Below are positions 1-9,580 of a stretch of DNA of 64,000 nucleotides, piece by piece. Each line of letters begins with the position of its first letter. Position 1 is the first letter of the stretch. The notes under the pieces are model-generated. The model saw nothing but the letters and a program-made list of their open reading frames with translations, was not told where the DNA came from and ran no database searches. Both the position numbers and the translations under genes were made by a program. Source of the stretch: an uncultured Bacteroidales bacterium (GTDB lineage Bacteria > Bacteroidota > Bacteroidia > Bacteroidales > VadinHA17); NCBI GenBank assembly GCA_963792925.1, contig CAWBYC010000005.1, forward strand, positions 306,946 to 370,945. The letters are read 5' to 3'.

Positions 1-1
1 T

Positions 2-76
2 CAGAGTAGGTATATTGGGAAGAGACGATAAGATCAATATCGTTAATGCCCAGGCTATTAATAAATACCTGGAGTA
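2..76 (+). CDS. 3' end of an unidentified CDS that runs off the window start (partial)
   Basis: The frame is open from position 2 to the TAG at 74-76 (...RVGILGRDDKINIVNAQAINKYLE*). It is too short to assign a product. Confidence 0.3.
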
Positions 77-166
77 GGGGCGAAGAAAAATAATCAGTTT
101 TAGCATATCAGTTTTTGAGAATATCAAAATTAAACCTTTATGCCTTATAGTTATACGATAAAAGAC

Positions 167-174
167 TAAATTTG
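167..174 (+). promoter_or_regulatory. Candidate Bacteroidota -7 promoter element (TAnnTTTG) upstream of prfB
   Basis: TAAATTTG at 167-174, 16 nt before the prfB ATG at 190. It matches the Bacteroides -7 consensus TAnnTTTG. Confidence 0.35.
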
Positions 175-189
175 TCCCAAAATTCGAAA

Positions 190-1284
190 ATGGTAACTAA
201 CGAACAGATAAAGGATTTATCGGGACGCCGCGACGCGTTAAGGAGGTACCTTTGACATACAGGGTAAACTCGATCTGATAGCAGAAAAAGAAAGTCTTTC
301 CACACGGCCCGGCTTATGGGACGACCCTAAAAAAGCCGAGGAGCTTCTAAAAAGCATAGCACAGTTAAAAAGCTGGACATACAGCCTTCGACAAAATTAA
401 TTCTGCGATAGATGATATCAGCGTGATAAGCGATTTTTACCGTGAGGGCGAAGCTAGCTGAGGAAGATGTTGATAACCAGTATAAAAACTGCACTATCAA
501 TGATCGAAGATCTTGAAGTGAGAAACATGCTGCAGAAAGAGGAAGATCAGCTTGGCGCAATTCTCAAGATAAACTCAGGTGCCGGAGGGACAGAAAGTAA
601 CGACTGGGCAGCAATGCTGATGCGGATGTATCTGCGCTGGGCAGAAAGAAACAACTATAAGGTAAAGGAACTTGATTACCAGGCCGGCGATGAAGTCGGA
701 ATAAAAACAGTAACACTTGAAATTGACGGAGAACGTGCATATGGTTACCTGAAAAGTGAAAACGGAGTGCATCGTCTTGTAAGGATTTCTCCTTTCAATG
801 CCCAGGGAAAACGGCAGACAACATTCGCTTCAGTTTTTATCTCACCTCTTGTGGATAATAACATTGAGATTGAAATTAACCCTGCCGATATTACCTGGGA
901 TACATTCAGATCAAGCGGAGCAGGAGGCCAGAATGTCAATAAAGTGGAAACTGCCGTGAGACTCAAACATCAAACCTTCGGGAATTGTCATTGAAAACCA
1001 GGAAACACGGTCGCAGCTTAACAATAAAGAGAATGCGATGAGAATCCTGAAATCGCAGCTTTATGAACTGGAGCTGAGAAAACAGAGGGAGGAGCAGGCA
1101 AAGATAGAAGGGTGAGAAGAAAAAAATTGAGTGGGGTTCCCAGATAAGATCATATGTTCTTCATCCATATAAAATGATCAAAGACCTCCGTACTAACCAT
1201 GAAACAGGCAATGTACAGGCAGTTCTCGACGGTGACCTGAATGCTTTTATAAAATCGTTCCTGATGGAATTTGCGGGCAAATAA
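190..1284 (+). pseudogene. prfB: Peptide chain release factor 2 (programmed +1 frameshift plus several additional, non-programmed frame disruptions)
   Basis: ATG at 190; frame 0 ends at CTT TGA C (250-256). The ORF 467..994 carries RF2 hallmarks (GAGGTES..DWA.ML.RMY..W, SPF tripeptide in [11 protein letters not shown] in [15 protein letters not shown]). The C-terminus ([12 protein letters not shown]...LMEFAGK*) continues in other frames to the TAA at 1282-1284. Extra frame breaks lie near 380-400, 455-490, 975 and 1113. Confidence 0.9.
241..256 (+). promoter_or_regulatory. prfB: prfB programmed +1 ribosomal frameshift site (SD-like AGGAGG, 3-nt spacer, CTT TGA C)
   Basis: The sequence is AGGAGG TAC CTT TGA C. 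CTT at 250-252 is in frame with the ATG at 190, followed by an in-frame TGA at 253-255 and then C. The architecture and spacing match the classical E. coli prfB autoregulatory site. Confidence 0.9.
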
Positions 1285-1376
1285 ATCTTTCCGTAATGAT
1301 CTGAATATGATAAAATTCATAAAAACTATGAGTAACGTTTCGTTTAATTTGTGTTTAATTATCAAAGCTGAAAAGA

Positions 1377-3249
1377 ATGGAGTCAAAAGGAAAAATTATT
1401 TGAGCAGTTTCCTCCGGTAACAACTCAGGGAGTGGATGGACAAAATAACCACCGACCTGAAAGGAGCTGATTTTAATAAGAGACTTGTATGGAAAACAGA
1501 TGAAGGGTTTGAAGTGAATCCGTTTTACCGGATGGAGGATATTGAGAATCTGATGTACATCGACACACTGCCAGGTGAATTTCCGTATATAAGAGGAACA
1601 AAAGTAAATGATAAAGCTGGCTGATCAGGCAAAATATTGAAGTAACAAATTACTCAAAAGCTAACAGGAAAGCCCTGAACATTCTTATGAAAGGATTGAT
1701 TCACTTGGCTTTATATTAACTGACCCGGAGTCAGTCACGAAAATGAATTTTGATTTTCTCCTTGAAAGGATCTTCCTCGGAGGTGATCGAATTAAATTTT
1801 TACTCCGAACGGAAAAGCAAAAGAGATAGTTGAGCTTCTTAATAAACTATGCAGTGAAATCTTCTTCTGATCTGACCAAAATAGCTGGCGCTATTGAAGC
1901 AGATCCCCTGAGCCGGCTCATTGATCAACGGGACATTATGCATTCCTCCTGAAGATGGGTTTGATTATCTGGCCGCTCTGGTGAATACTGCAGCTCCTCT
2001 TCCCAATTTCAGGGTACTAAATCATTAATGCTTCAAACTTTACAAATGCAGGAGCTGATATTTTCAGGAACTGGCATTCGCAGTTTCAATGGGCTGTGAA
2101 TATATGACACAGCTTACTACAAAGAGGAATTAAAACTGAAATAGCAGCTTCAAAGATCGGGTTTACTTTTGGCACAGGATCAAATTATTTCCCTGAGATC
2201 GCAAAACTAAGAGCTGCCCGCCTTCTCTGGTCTGTTGTGTTAAATGGGTTCAGTCCTGAGGGTGCTGAGAATATAAAAATGAATATTCATTGCGTAACAA
2301 GTGAATGGAATAAAACAATCTATGATCCTTATGTAAATCTACTTAGAACCCAGACTGAAGCTATGTCTGCTATACTTGGCGGCACTGACTCTCTCACGGT
2401 AGAACCATTTGATACTGTATTCAGGCAACCCGATGAATTTTCTGAACGAATAGCACGTAACCAGCAGCTGATCCTTAAAGAAGAAGCCTATTTCGACAAG
2501 GTAGCTGACCCCGCTGCCGGCTCATACTATATTGAAAATCTTACCAGTCTGATTGCCGAAAATGCCTGGAAGCTATTCATTGAAATTAGAAGAAAAAGGA
2601 GGATTTCTTTCCTGTCTGAAGTCGGGATATGTACAGGAAAAATTATCAGAATCAGCAAAAAAGAAACAGAACGATCTGGCAACAAGGAAAACTTCTCTTC
2701 TTGGCACAAATCAGTTTCCGAACACACAGGAAAAAATCACGGATACCATTGACATGGACAGGGTCTTTAAAACAAAACCTGAAGGTAAAGATCTTATTGT
2801 TGAAGCTATCACATTATTAAGAGGATCACGGCAATATGATAAGCTTCGGATTGCAGTGGACAAAGCGCGAAAGGCGGCCTGTGGTTTTTCTCCTGCAGAT
2901 CGGTAACCCTGTGATGAGAAAAGCCCGTTCACAGTTCTCTGCCAACTTTTTCGGTTGTGCGGGTTACGAGATTATTGATAACAGGATTTTTGAAACAACA
3001 GATGAAGCCATAAAAAGTGCAGGGGAATCTGCTGCCGATATAGTTGTGATCTGCAGTTCAGATGAAGAGTATCAGCTTTTTGCTCCTGCCATATTCAATG
3101 CGTTAAAAGACAAAATGATAATTGTAGTAGCCGGCAATCCGGCATGCGGCGATGCGCTCCGTTCACTAGGGATTGAAAACTTCATACACCTGAAATCGAA
3201 TGTGGTCTCAATCCTCACAGACTTTAATAAGAAGCTGGGAATAGATTAA
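1377..3249 (+). pseudogene. mutA: Methylmalonyl-CoA mutase small (beta) subunit, heavily frame-disrupted
   Basis: Several fragments match MutA. The N-terminus reads LFEQFPPVTTQ/EWMDKITTDLKGADFNKRLVWKTDEGFEVNPFY. The core reads HCVTSEWNKTIYDPYVNLLRTQTEAMSAILGG...ARNQQLILKEE...DPAAGSYYIENLT. The C-terminal B12-domain-like part reads RKARSQFSANFFGCAGYEI...VVICSSDEEY. There is no ORF of 60 aa or more in 1625-2236, so there are at least 7 breaks. Breaks at 1391-1395 (A5) and 1428-1430 (G3) sit in homopolymers. Confidence 0.85.
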
Positions 3250-3250
3250 C

Positions 3251-3280
3251 ATAATACATCGCCTGTAATACATAATACAT
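3251..3280. repeat. Intercistronic motif ATAATACATCGCCTGTAATACATAATACAT (family also at 38545-38570 and 57387-57420)
   Basis: The core CATCGCCTRT...ATAATACAT is shared with the two other sites. This copy lies in the 36-bp mutA-mutB spacer. Confidence 0.6.
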
Positions 3281-3285
3281 TAAAA

Positions 3286-5437
3286 ATGCGACCACAATTC
3301 AAATATACTGATCTGAAAAATCTTCATCTCAACAAACAGGATATCAGGTGAATGGGAGAAGAAAAATAAAATAGAAAAGGATTGGGTTACCCCCGAAAGA
3401 ATTCCGATAAAGAGCGCGTATACAAAAGAGGATCTTCAGGGGATGGAGCACCTTAATTATGCAGCCGGTATCCCTCCGTTTTTACACGGGCCATATTCAG
3501 GAATGTACGCCATGCTTCCCTGGACAATAAGACAATATGCAGGATTTTCGACGGCGGAAGAATCAAATGCGTTTTACCGGCGCAATCTGGCTGCAGGTCA
3601 AAAAGGATTGTCAGTTGCTTTCGATCTGGCTACACACAGAGGATATGATTCAGATCATGAACGGGTAACAGGCGACGTTGGAAAAGCCGGAGTTGCGGTC
3701 GACTCGATTCTTGATATGAAAATTCTTTTTGACCAGATCCCTCTGAATAAGATGTCGGTATCAATGACCATGAACGGAGCAGTTCTTCCTGTCATGGCAT
3801 TTTATATTGTTGCTGCACTTGAGCAGGGGGCAAGGCTTGATGAACTGACCGGTACAATACAGAATGACATATTGAAGGAATTCATGGTGCGGAATACTTA
3901 TATCTATCCCCCTGAATTCTCGATGCGGATTATCGCCGATATCTTCAGGTATACCTCCGAAAAAATGCCCAAGTTCAATTCAATAAGCATTTCAGGATAT
4001 CATATGCAGGAAGCAGGTGCAACCTGTGATATTGAGCTTGCATATACTCTGGCTGACGGACTTGAATATCTTAGAACAGGTATAAAAGCCGGTTTGGATA
4101 TCGATGCGTTTGCACCAAGACTTTCATTCTTCTGGGCTGTTGGCATGAATCATTTCATGGAAATTGCCAAGATGAGGGCAGCAAGAATGTTATGGGCGAA
4201 GATTGTCAGCGATTTTCATCCGAAAAATCCAAAATCGCTGGCTCTGAGAACACATTGCCAGACTTCGGGATGGAGTCTTACAGAACAGGATCCATATAAT
4301 AATGTCGGTAGAACCTGTATTGAGGCAATGGCTGCCGTACTGGGCCATACACAGAGCCTGCATACAAACGCTCTTGATGAGGCAATTGCACTGCCAACAG
4401 ATTTTTCGGCCCGAATTGCCAGGAATACCCAGATATATATACAGGAAGAGACACAGGTCTGCAGGGCGATCGATCCCTGGGCCGGGTCGTACTATGTGGA
4501 GACTCTTACCAACGAGATTGTACAACGCGCATGGGAACATATCAAAGAGGTGGAAAACCTCGGAGGAATGGCAAAAGCAGTGGAATCTGGAGTCCCCAAA
4601 ATGAGAATTGAAGAGGCCGCCGCGCGGGCCCAGGCTAAAATTGACTCGGGTATTCAGACAATTGTGGGGACAAATAAATATAAGCTTGAGAAAGAAGATC
4701 CTCTCGAAACTCTCGAAGTTGATAATTCGGCTGTAAGAGAATCGCAGATACTCAGACTGGCAAAACTCCGGGCTGAGAGAAATGAAAATGAATGCCAGAG
4801 TGCACTCGAAGCAATTACAAAATGTGTTCAGACAGGTGATGGAAACCTCCTTGAACTGGCAGTGGAGGCCGCTTCAAAACGTGCAAGTCTTGGCGAAATA
4901 TCTTATGCATGTGAAAAAATTGTTGGGAGGTACAAAGCTGTGATACGGACAATATCAGGTGTTTATTCATCGGAGTATAAATCTGATGATGATTACAATG
5001 AAGCAAAGGCACTCGTTGCAAAATTTGCTGGGCGAGAAGGCCGTCAGCCAAGGATCATGATCGCGAAGATGGGTCAGGACGGGCACGACCGCGGGGCAAA
5101 AGTTGTCTCGACAGGATATGCGGATATTGGCTTCGACGTAGACATCGGGCCGCTTTTCCAGACACCCGCCGAGGCTGCAAAACAGGCCGTGGAAAATGAT
5201 GTCCATATACTGGGCGTTTCCAGTCTGGCCGGTGGACATAAAACATTGGTTCCACAAGTAATAACAGAGCTAAAGAACCTGGGAAGGGAAGATATTCTTG
5301 TAATTGCAGGAGGTGTTATCCCTCATCAGGATTATCAGTTTCTATATGATTGTGGCGTGGCTGCAATTTTCGGTCCGGGAACATCAATCTCGAAAGCCGC
5401 TAAACAGATATTGGAGATCCTGCTGGAAATCAGTTAA
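3286..5437 (+). CDS. mutB: Methylmalonyl-CoA mutase large (alpha) subunit. One frame break near 3345-3350; intact ORF 3443..5437
   Basis: The 664-aa ORF has the MCM catalytic barrel ([21 protein letters not shown]) and a C-terminal B12-binding domain ([11 protein letters not shown]). Upstream, [21 protein letters not shown] / [31 protein letters not shown] is the expected N-terminus split over two frames. Confidence 0.93.
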
Positions 5438-5513
5438 TATGACTATATTCCACTTCTGAATACCTGTGAATTGAAAAAATACCTTTAATTTGCATTCAGG
5501 TAATTAGATCCAA

Positions 5514-6092
5514 ATGAAAAATATTTATTTATTATTCGTTCTTATTGTTTTATCAGTTAGCGGCTGCAAAAGCGCAAATCATCTTTCCGGGAGTCTTCCG
5601 TCAAATATAACTGAACAGACAATCGTTAAGGATGATGCAGCTCCGGATTTTTCTGATCAGACAACCTGGATTCTCGGATATTTTAATCCTGAAAGGTTAA
5701 CTCACTATCCTTATTCCACGTTCTACACGACAGGGTTTGATGAATATATGCCCAAATCTGATGCGATTAATAAGCTTATGGATTTAAGCAGGGAAAATCT
5801 GAAGATCAAAGTAGTCATGGGAACATGGTGCCCCGACAGCAGAAGAGAAGTGCCCCGGTTCATGAAAGTCCTTGATACATGGCAGTTTCCATTATCAGAT
5901 GTAACTTTTATCGGTGTTGACAATGCTAAACTTTCCCCTGTCGGAGAATACACCAGTCTCGATATAGTAAGGGTACCGACATTTATCATATATAAAAATA
6001 ATATTGAAGCCGGACGCATCATTGAAAATCCTTCGACGTCTTTAGAACAGGATATGGTAAACATCCTTACAGGAATGAATAACAATAAATAA
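5514..6092 (+). CDS. Thioredoxin-fold lipoprotein (CxxS motif)
   Basis: Signal peptide with a lipobox-like LSVSGC; WCPDSRREVP thioredoxin-like motif; the VPTFIIY strand typical of the Trx fold. Confidence 0.6.
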   Translation: MKNIYLLFVLIVLSVSGCKSANHLSGSLPSNITEQTIVKDDAAPDFSDQTTWILGYFNPERLTHYPYSTFYTTGFDEYMPKSDAINKLMDLSRENLKIKVVMGTWCPDSRREVPRFMKVLDTWQFPLSDVTFIGVDNAKLSPVGEYTSLDIVRVPTFIIYKNNIEAGRIIENPSTSLEQDMVNILTGMNNNK

Positions 6093-6100
6093 CTTAAATC

Positions 6101-6607
6101 ATGGAAGAGGTTAAAAAAAATACGGGGCAAAATCTGGGAATTGCTGCACTTATTACGGCTGTTATTACATTTGTACTTGCAGTTATTCCGTGTGTTGGCC
6201 TGATAGCTATTATTCCGGGAATCATAGCTATTGTAATTGCATCAGTAGGCCTTTCACAGGCATCAAGAAACAACTCACCGAGGGGAGTGCTGGTTGCCGG
6301 ATTGATAATCGCGATTATTGCATCGATGATCTCTTTCTCTCAGATCTTCGTAGTTGGGAAAATTGCCCAGAAGGCCGATGGTTGGCCTAATAACATTCAG
6401 AATATAATAAATGATGTCCAGGACAATGTTACAAAAGAGTTTGAAGATGCAAATGTTTCAATAAAAGTGGAAAGTAACGGCGACAAGGTGGAAATAAATA
6501 CCAGCCCCGACAAAATGCAAAAGGAGAGACAGCTGGAAGACCTCGAGGAAGGAAGTCAGACTAGTGATACCACACAGAAAAATGACACGGTTACAAAGAA
6601 AAAATAA
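6101..6607 (+). CDS. Small membrane protein of unknown function (hydrophobic N-terminal half, acidic C-terminal tail)
   Basis: Two to three hydrophobic helices (LGIAALITAVITFVLAVIPCVGLIAIIPGIIAIVIASVGL, VLVAGLIIAIIASMISF) followed by a charged tail. No family was recognised. Confidence 0.5.
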   Translation: MEEVKKNTGQNLGIAALITAVITFVLAVIPCVGLIAIIPGIIAIVIASVGLSQASRNNSPRGVLVAGLIIAIIASMISFSQIFVVGKIAQKADGWPNNIQNIINDVQDNVTKEFEDANVSIKVESNGDKVEINTSPDKMQKERQLEDLEEGSQTSDTTQKNDTVTKKK

Positions 6608-6626
6608 GGAAAGACAAAATCTCAAA

Positions 6627-7037
6627 ATGAGGTTCCGTAACGAACCTTACCTCATCATAAATATAATTTTTGCCGGAGTAATAGTGCTGATCTTTGCATA
6701 CTCCGGCATTTTTTCGCCCGACAAAGATAACTTTCCCGTAACCTGTATCCATCAACAGTTAACCGGAGAGCCATGTGTTTCTTGCGGATTATCGCACAGT
6801 TTTTCATTGATAATACGGGGAAGGATTGAAGAGGCATACACCTGGAATCTTTATGGGATGAGGATTTTTTTGTTTTTCGCGTTACAACTCATCCTGAGAG
6901 CAGGCTTCTCAGTTTTCTATATTATATACCCCGATACGCGAAAGCAATTGATACTTACCGATTGCATTGGTTCAGGAATAATCTTCCTGATTGCTTTCTG
7001 GCCGTATATAGTTTGGATATTCAAAAGCCCAACCTGA
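6627..7037 (+). CDS. Membrane protein, DUF2752-like (CxxCG motif)
   Basis: MRFRNEPYL start; a TM helix followed by GEPCVSCGLSHSF, then two more TM helices. The start was chosen at the internal Met of ORF 6564..7037, which otherwise overlaps the upstream gene. Confidence 0.45.
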   Translation: MRFRNEPYLIINIIFAGVIVLIFAYSGIFSPDKDNFPVTCIHQQLTGEPCVSCGLSHSFSLIIRGRIEEAYTWNLYGMRIFLFFALQLILRAGFSVFYIIYPDTRKQLILTDCIGSGIIFLIAFWPYIVWIFKSPT

Positions 7038-7108
7038 GCACAAAATATCGCATGAATTAATTTTATTTTATTTTATCTTTTTGCTTAAGCCAAGAGAATG
7101 CTTAAAAC

Positions 7109-7576
7109 TTATTCATTCATCTCCCCCAGAATATCATACAACACGCTGCTTTCAAAACCCTTTGATTGCCCATACCGAAGGAGTTTCGCCTTAAGATCTA
7201 ATTGATTTTTAGCTTTAATGCTCCGTCTGTGTCCTTCCAGAACACCCCTGATGAATTTAACATACTGGTCATGATCAATTTCATCCAGAGCAGAACCTAT
7301 AATATCAGAAGGCAGTTTTTTGCTTTTCAGATGCGAAGCAATCTTGACCTTACCCCATTTATTATATTTAAATTTATCCCTTACAAATGCGTGTGCATAC
7401 CGCTTTTCGTCAATGAACTTTTCCCTGATCAGAATACCTATGATCTTCTCAATGTCGGTTTTCTCAACACCCCATAATGAAAGTTTTTTGCGTATATCTT
7501 CGCTGCACAGCTCCTTGTGTGAACATTGAGCCATTGATTTGTTCAGCGATACTTTGAATATTTCAGACTCTGGCAT
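7109..7576 (-). CDS. recX: Recombination regulator RecX
   Basis: Three-repeat helical RecX signature (CSEDIRKKLSLWGV..., IDEKRYAHAFVRDKFKYNKWGKVKIASHLKSKKL). Confidence 0.8.
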   Translation of the reverse strand: MPESEIFKVSLNKSMAQCSHKELCSEDIRKKLSLWGVEKTDIEKIIGILIREKFIDEKRYAHAFVRDKFKYNKWGKVKIASHLKSKKLPSDIIGSALDEIDHDQYVKFIRGVLEGHRRSIKAKNQLDLKAKLLRYGQSKGFESSVLYDILGEMNE

Positions 7577-8435
7577 TTTTTTTGGCTTTTAGTATCCTGT
7601 CTTTCCCATTTATATCCTGAACCACTATGATGTCAGAGAAATCAAATGAACTAACAAGCTGAACCACAGGCATTCCCATGGCTTCATTGATCTCAAAGTA
7701 TAATCGTCCTCCGGGCAAGAGTATTGTGTCGGCAATTTCCAGAATGGATTTGTAATAAATAAGAGGATCAGAATCAGAAACAAATAATGCAAGCGGAGGT
7801 TCAAACCCGAGCACATTTTTGGCCATCTTTTCTCTTTCAGTATCTCTTACATAAGGAGGATTACTCACAATGATCCCCGCTTTTTCAATACCTCTGAACT
7901 CAAAGTTGAGTATGTCGTTTTTTAGAAAAGTGACTTTTACTTTATTCAGTACTGCGTTCTTTCCGGCGATAATTATTGCCTCATCTGAGATTTCAATTCC
8001 GGTGAGTTCAGCAAAAGGAAGATTTTTTGCCAGAGAAACCGTGATACATCCTGAACCTGATCCAAAATCAATTATTTTCCCGGTAAATCCCTTATTCTCC
8101 CTTAGAATGAGGTCTACCAGTTCTTCAGTCTCAGGCCTGGGAATAAGTGTTGAACTGTTAAGCTTAATGGTACAATCATAAAAGACAGTTTCACCTATTA
8201 CATATTGAAGCGGTTTACCTGTTTTCAGATCTTTAACAAATTCAATAATTTTTTCCGCCTCCACATCTTCTATGATATGATGGTCGTCATAAAGCTGGTG
8301 CAACTTTGTTATGCCGGTAACAGTCTTAATAAGGATATCAGATACAACTTTAATTTCAGGATCGCTAAAGACATATGCAAGTTCGTTCCTGATAAAAATT
8401 CTGATTTCTTTTATTGTTTGTATCTTAACAGCCAT
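7563..8435 (-). CDS. prmC: Release factor glutamine N5-methyltransferase (PrmC/HemK)
   Basis: SAM motif DFGSGSGCI and catalytic NPPY (VSNPPYV). Overlaps recX by 14 nt. Confidence 0.88.
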   Translation of the reverse strand: MAVKIQTIKEIRIFIRNELAYVFSDPEIKVVSDILIKTVTGITKLHQLYDDHHIIEDVEAEKIIEFVKDLKTGKPLQYVIGETVFYDCTIKLNSSTLIPRPETEELVDLILRENKGFTGKIIDFGSGSGCITVSLAKNLPFAELTGIEISDEAIIIAGKNAVLNKVKVTFLKNDILNFEFRGIEKAGIIVSNPPYVRDTEREKMAKNVLGFEPPLALFVSDSDPLIYYKSILEIADTILLPGGRLYFEINEAMGMPVVQLVSSFDFSDIIVVQDINGKDRILKAKKNARV

Positions 8436-8461
8436 AAGTCAAATTTAGGTATTTCACGGTA

Positions 8462-9518
8462 ATGACCGAAACGGATGATAATAAATTCATACGAAGATGC
8501 CTTGAACTTGCATCTGGCGCCGAGGGATTGACCTATCCGAACCCTATGGTGGGTTGTGTTATAGTTCATAATGGCATTATAATTGGTGAAGGTTACCATC
8601 TGAAAGCAGGTAATCCACACGCTGAAGTCTTAGCCATAAACTCGGTTACTGACAGGCTTAAACTCAAAGAATCAACTCTTTATGTCAATCTTGAGCCCTG
8701 TTCTCACTTTGGGAAAACACCACCATGTGCTGATTTTATTATTTCAAATGAGATCCCGCGTGTTGTAATCGGATCTGTTGATACCAGCGACAAGGTATCA
8801 GGGCAGGGGGTGAAAAAGCTGAAAGATGCAGGTTGTGACGTTGATACAGGGTTCATGGTGGAGGAATGCAGGAGACTGAACAGACGGTTTTTCACTTTTC
8901 ATGAAAAAAGAAGACCATACATAACTCTGAAATGGGCTCAGAGCGCTGATGGATACCTCGATATGAAGAGAAATCCTGGATCATGTCCCCCTCCCTAACT
9001 GGATTACCGGCAAGCCTGAAAGAATTCTTGTCCATAAATGGAGAGCTGCCGAGCAATCAATCCTTGTAGGTGCAGGTACTGTGAGGTCAGATTCGCCAAG
9101 ACTCGATGTTAGGGAATGGAGCGGAGCCAATCCTTTAAAGCTTATACTAAGCAGTTCAGGTGATCTCAGCCACGAATCAACCATGCACAATACTGACAGC
9201 AGGGTGATTGTATTTACCCATAATCATGATTCTGTAATTCCCGGAGCGGAGATTATCGTTCTCCGGAGAGATGAGACTTCCTCAGTGCAGATTATAGATT
9301 TTCTGTATTCCGCCGGCATTCAATCTTTATTTATTGAAGGCGGCGCAGATGTACTTAATCATTTCATTAAGACCGGTTTATGGGATGAGGCACGGATTTT
9401 TACGGGTCAGGCTTTTTTTAATGACGGAGTTAAGGCACCTGCTGCAGAAGGGCATCTGTTCTCAAAACAAGCCTTCAGCCTGAGCACTCTTGAAATCTAC
9501 TTAAAAAATGGAAAATAG
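8462..9518 (+). pseudogene. ribD: Bifunctional riboflavin biosynthesis protein RibD (deaminase/reductase), single frame break in a C-run
   Basis: Deaminase zinc motifs HAEVLAI and PCSHFGKTPPC. The reductase part (NWITGKPERILVHKWRAAEQSILVGAGTV...) continues in another frame. The break lies in GTCCCCCTCCC at about 8985-8995. Confidence 0.88.
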
Positions 9519-9580
9519 ATAATCCGAGAAATATTTCTAATTTTGGTTGTTGTAGAGAAATTTAATTTAGTACAAACGAT

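Noticed and set aside
1150-1386. 78-aa minus-strand ORF
   Set aside because: It overlaps the genuine prfB 3' end (…[44 protein letters not shown]) on the opposite strand.
4190-5257. ORFs inside or antisense to mutB (4190..4540, 4302..4604, 4815..5051, 4967..5257, 5055..5255)
   Set aside because: They lie entirely within a strongly conserved, full-length mutB reading frame and have no recognisable motifs. They are typical shadow ORFs.
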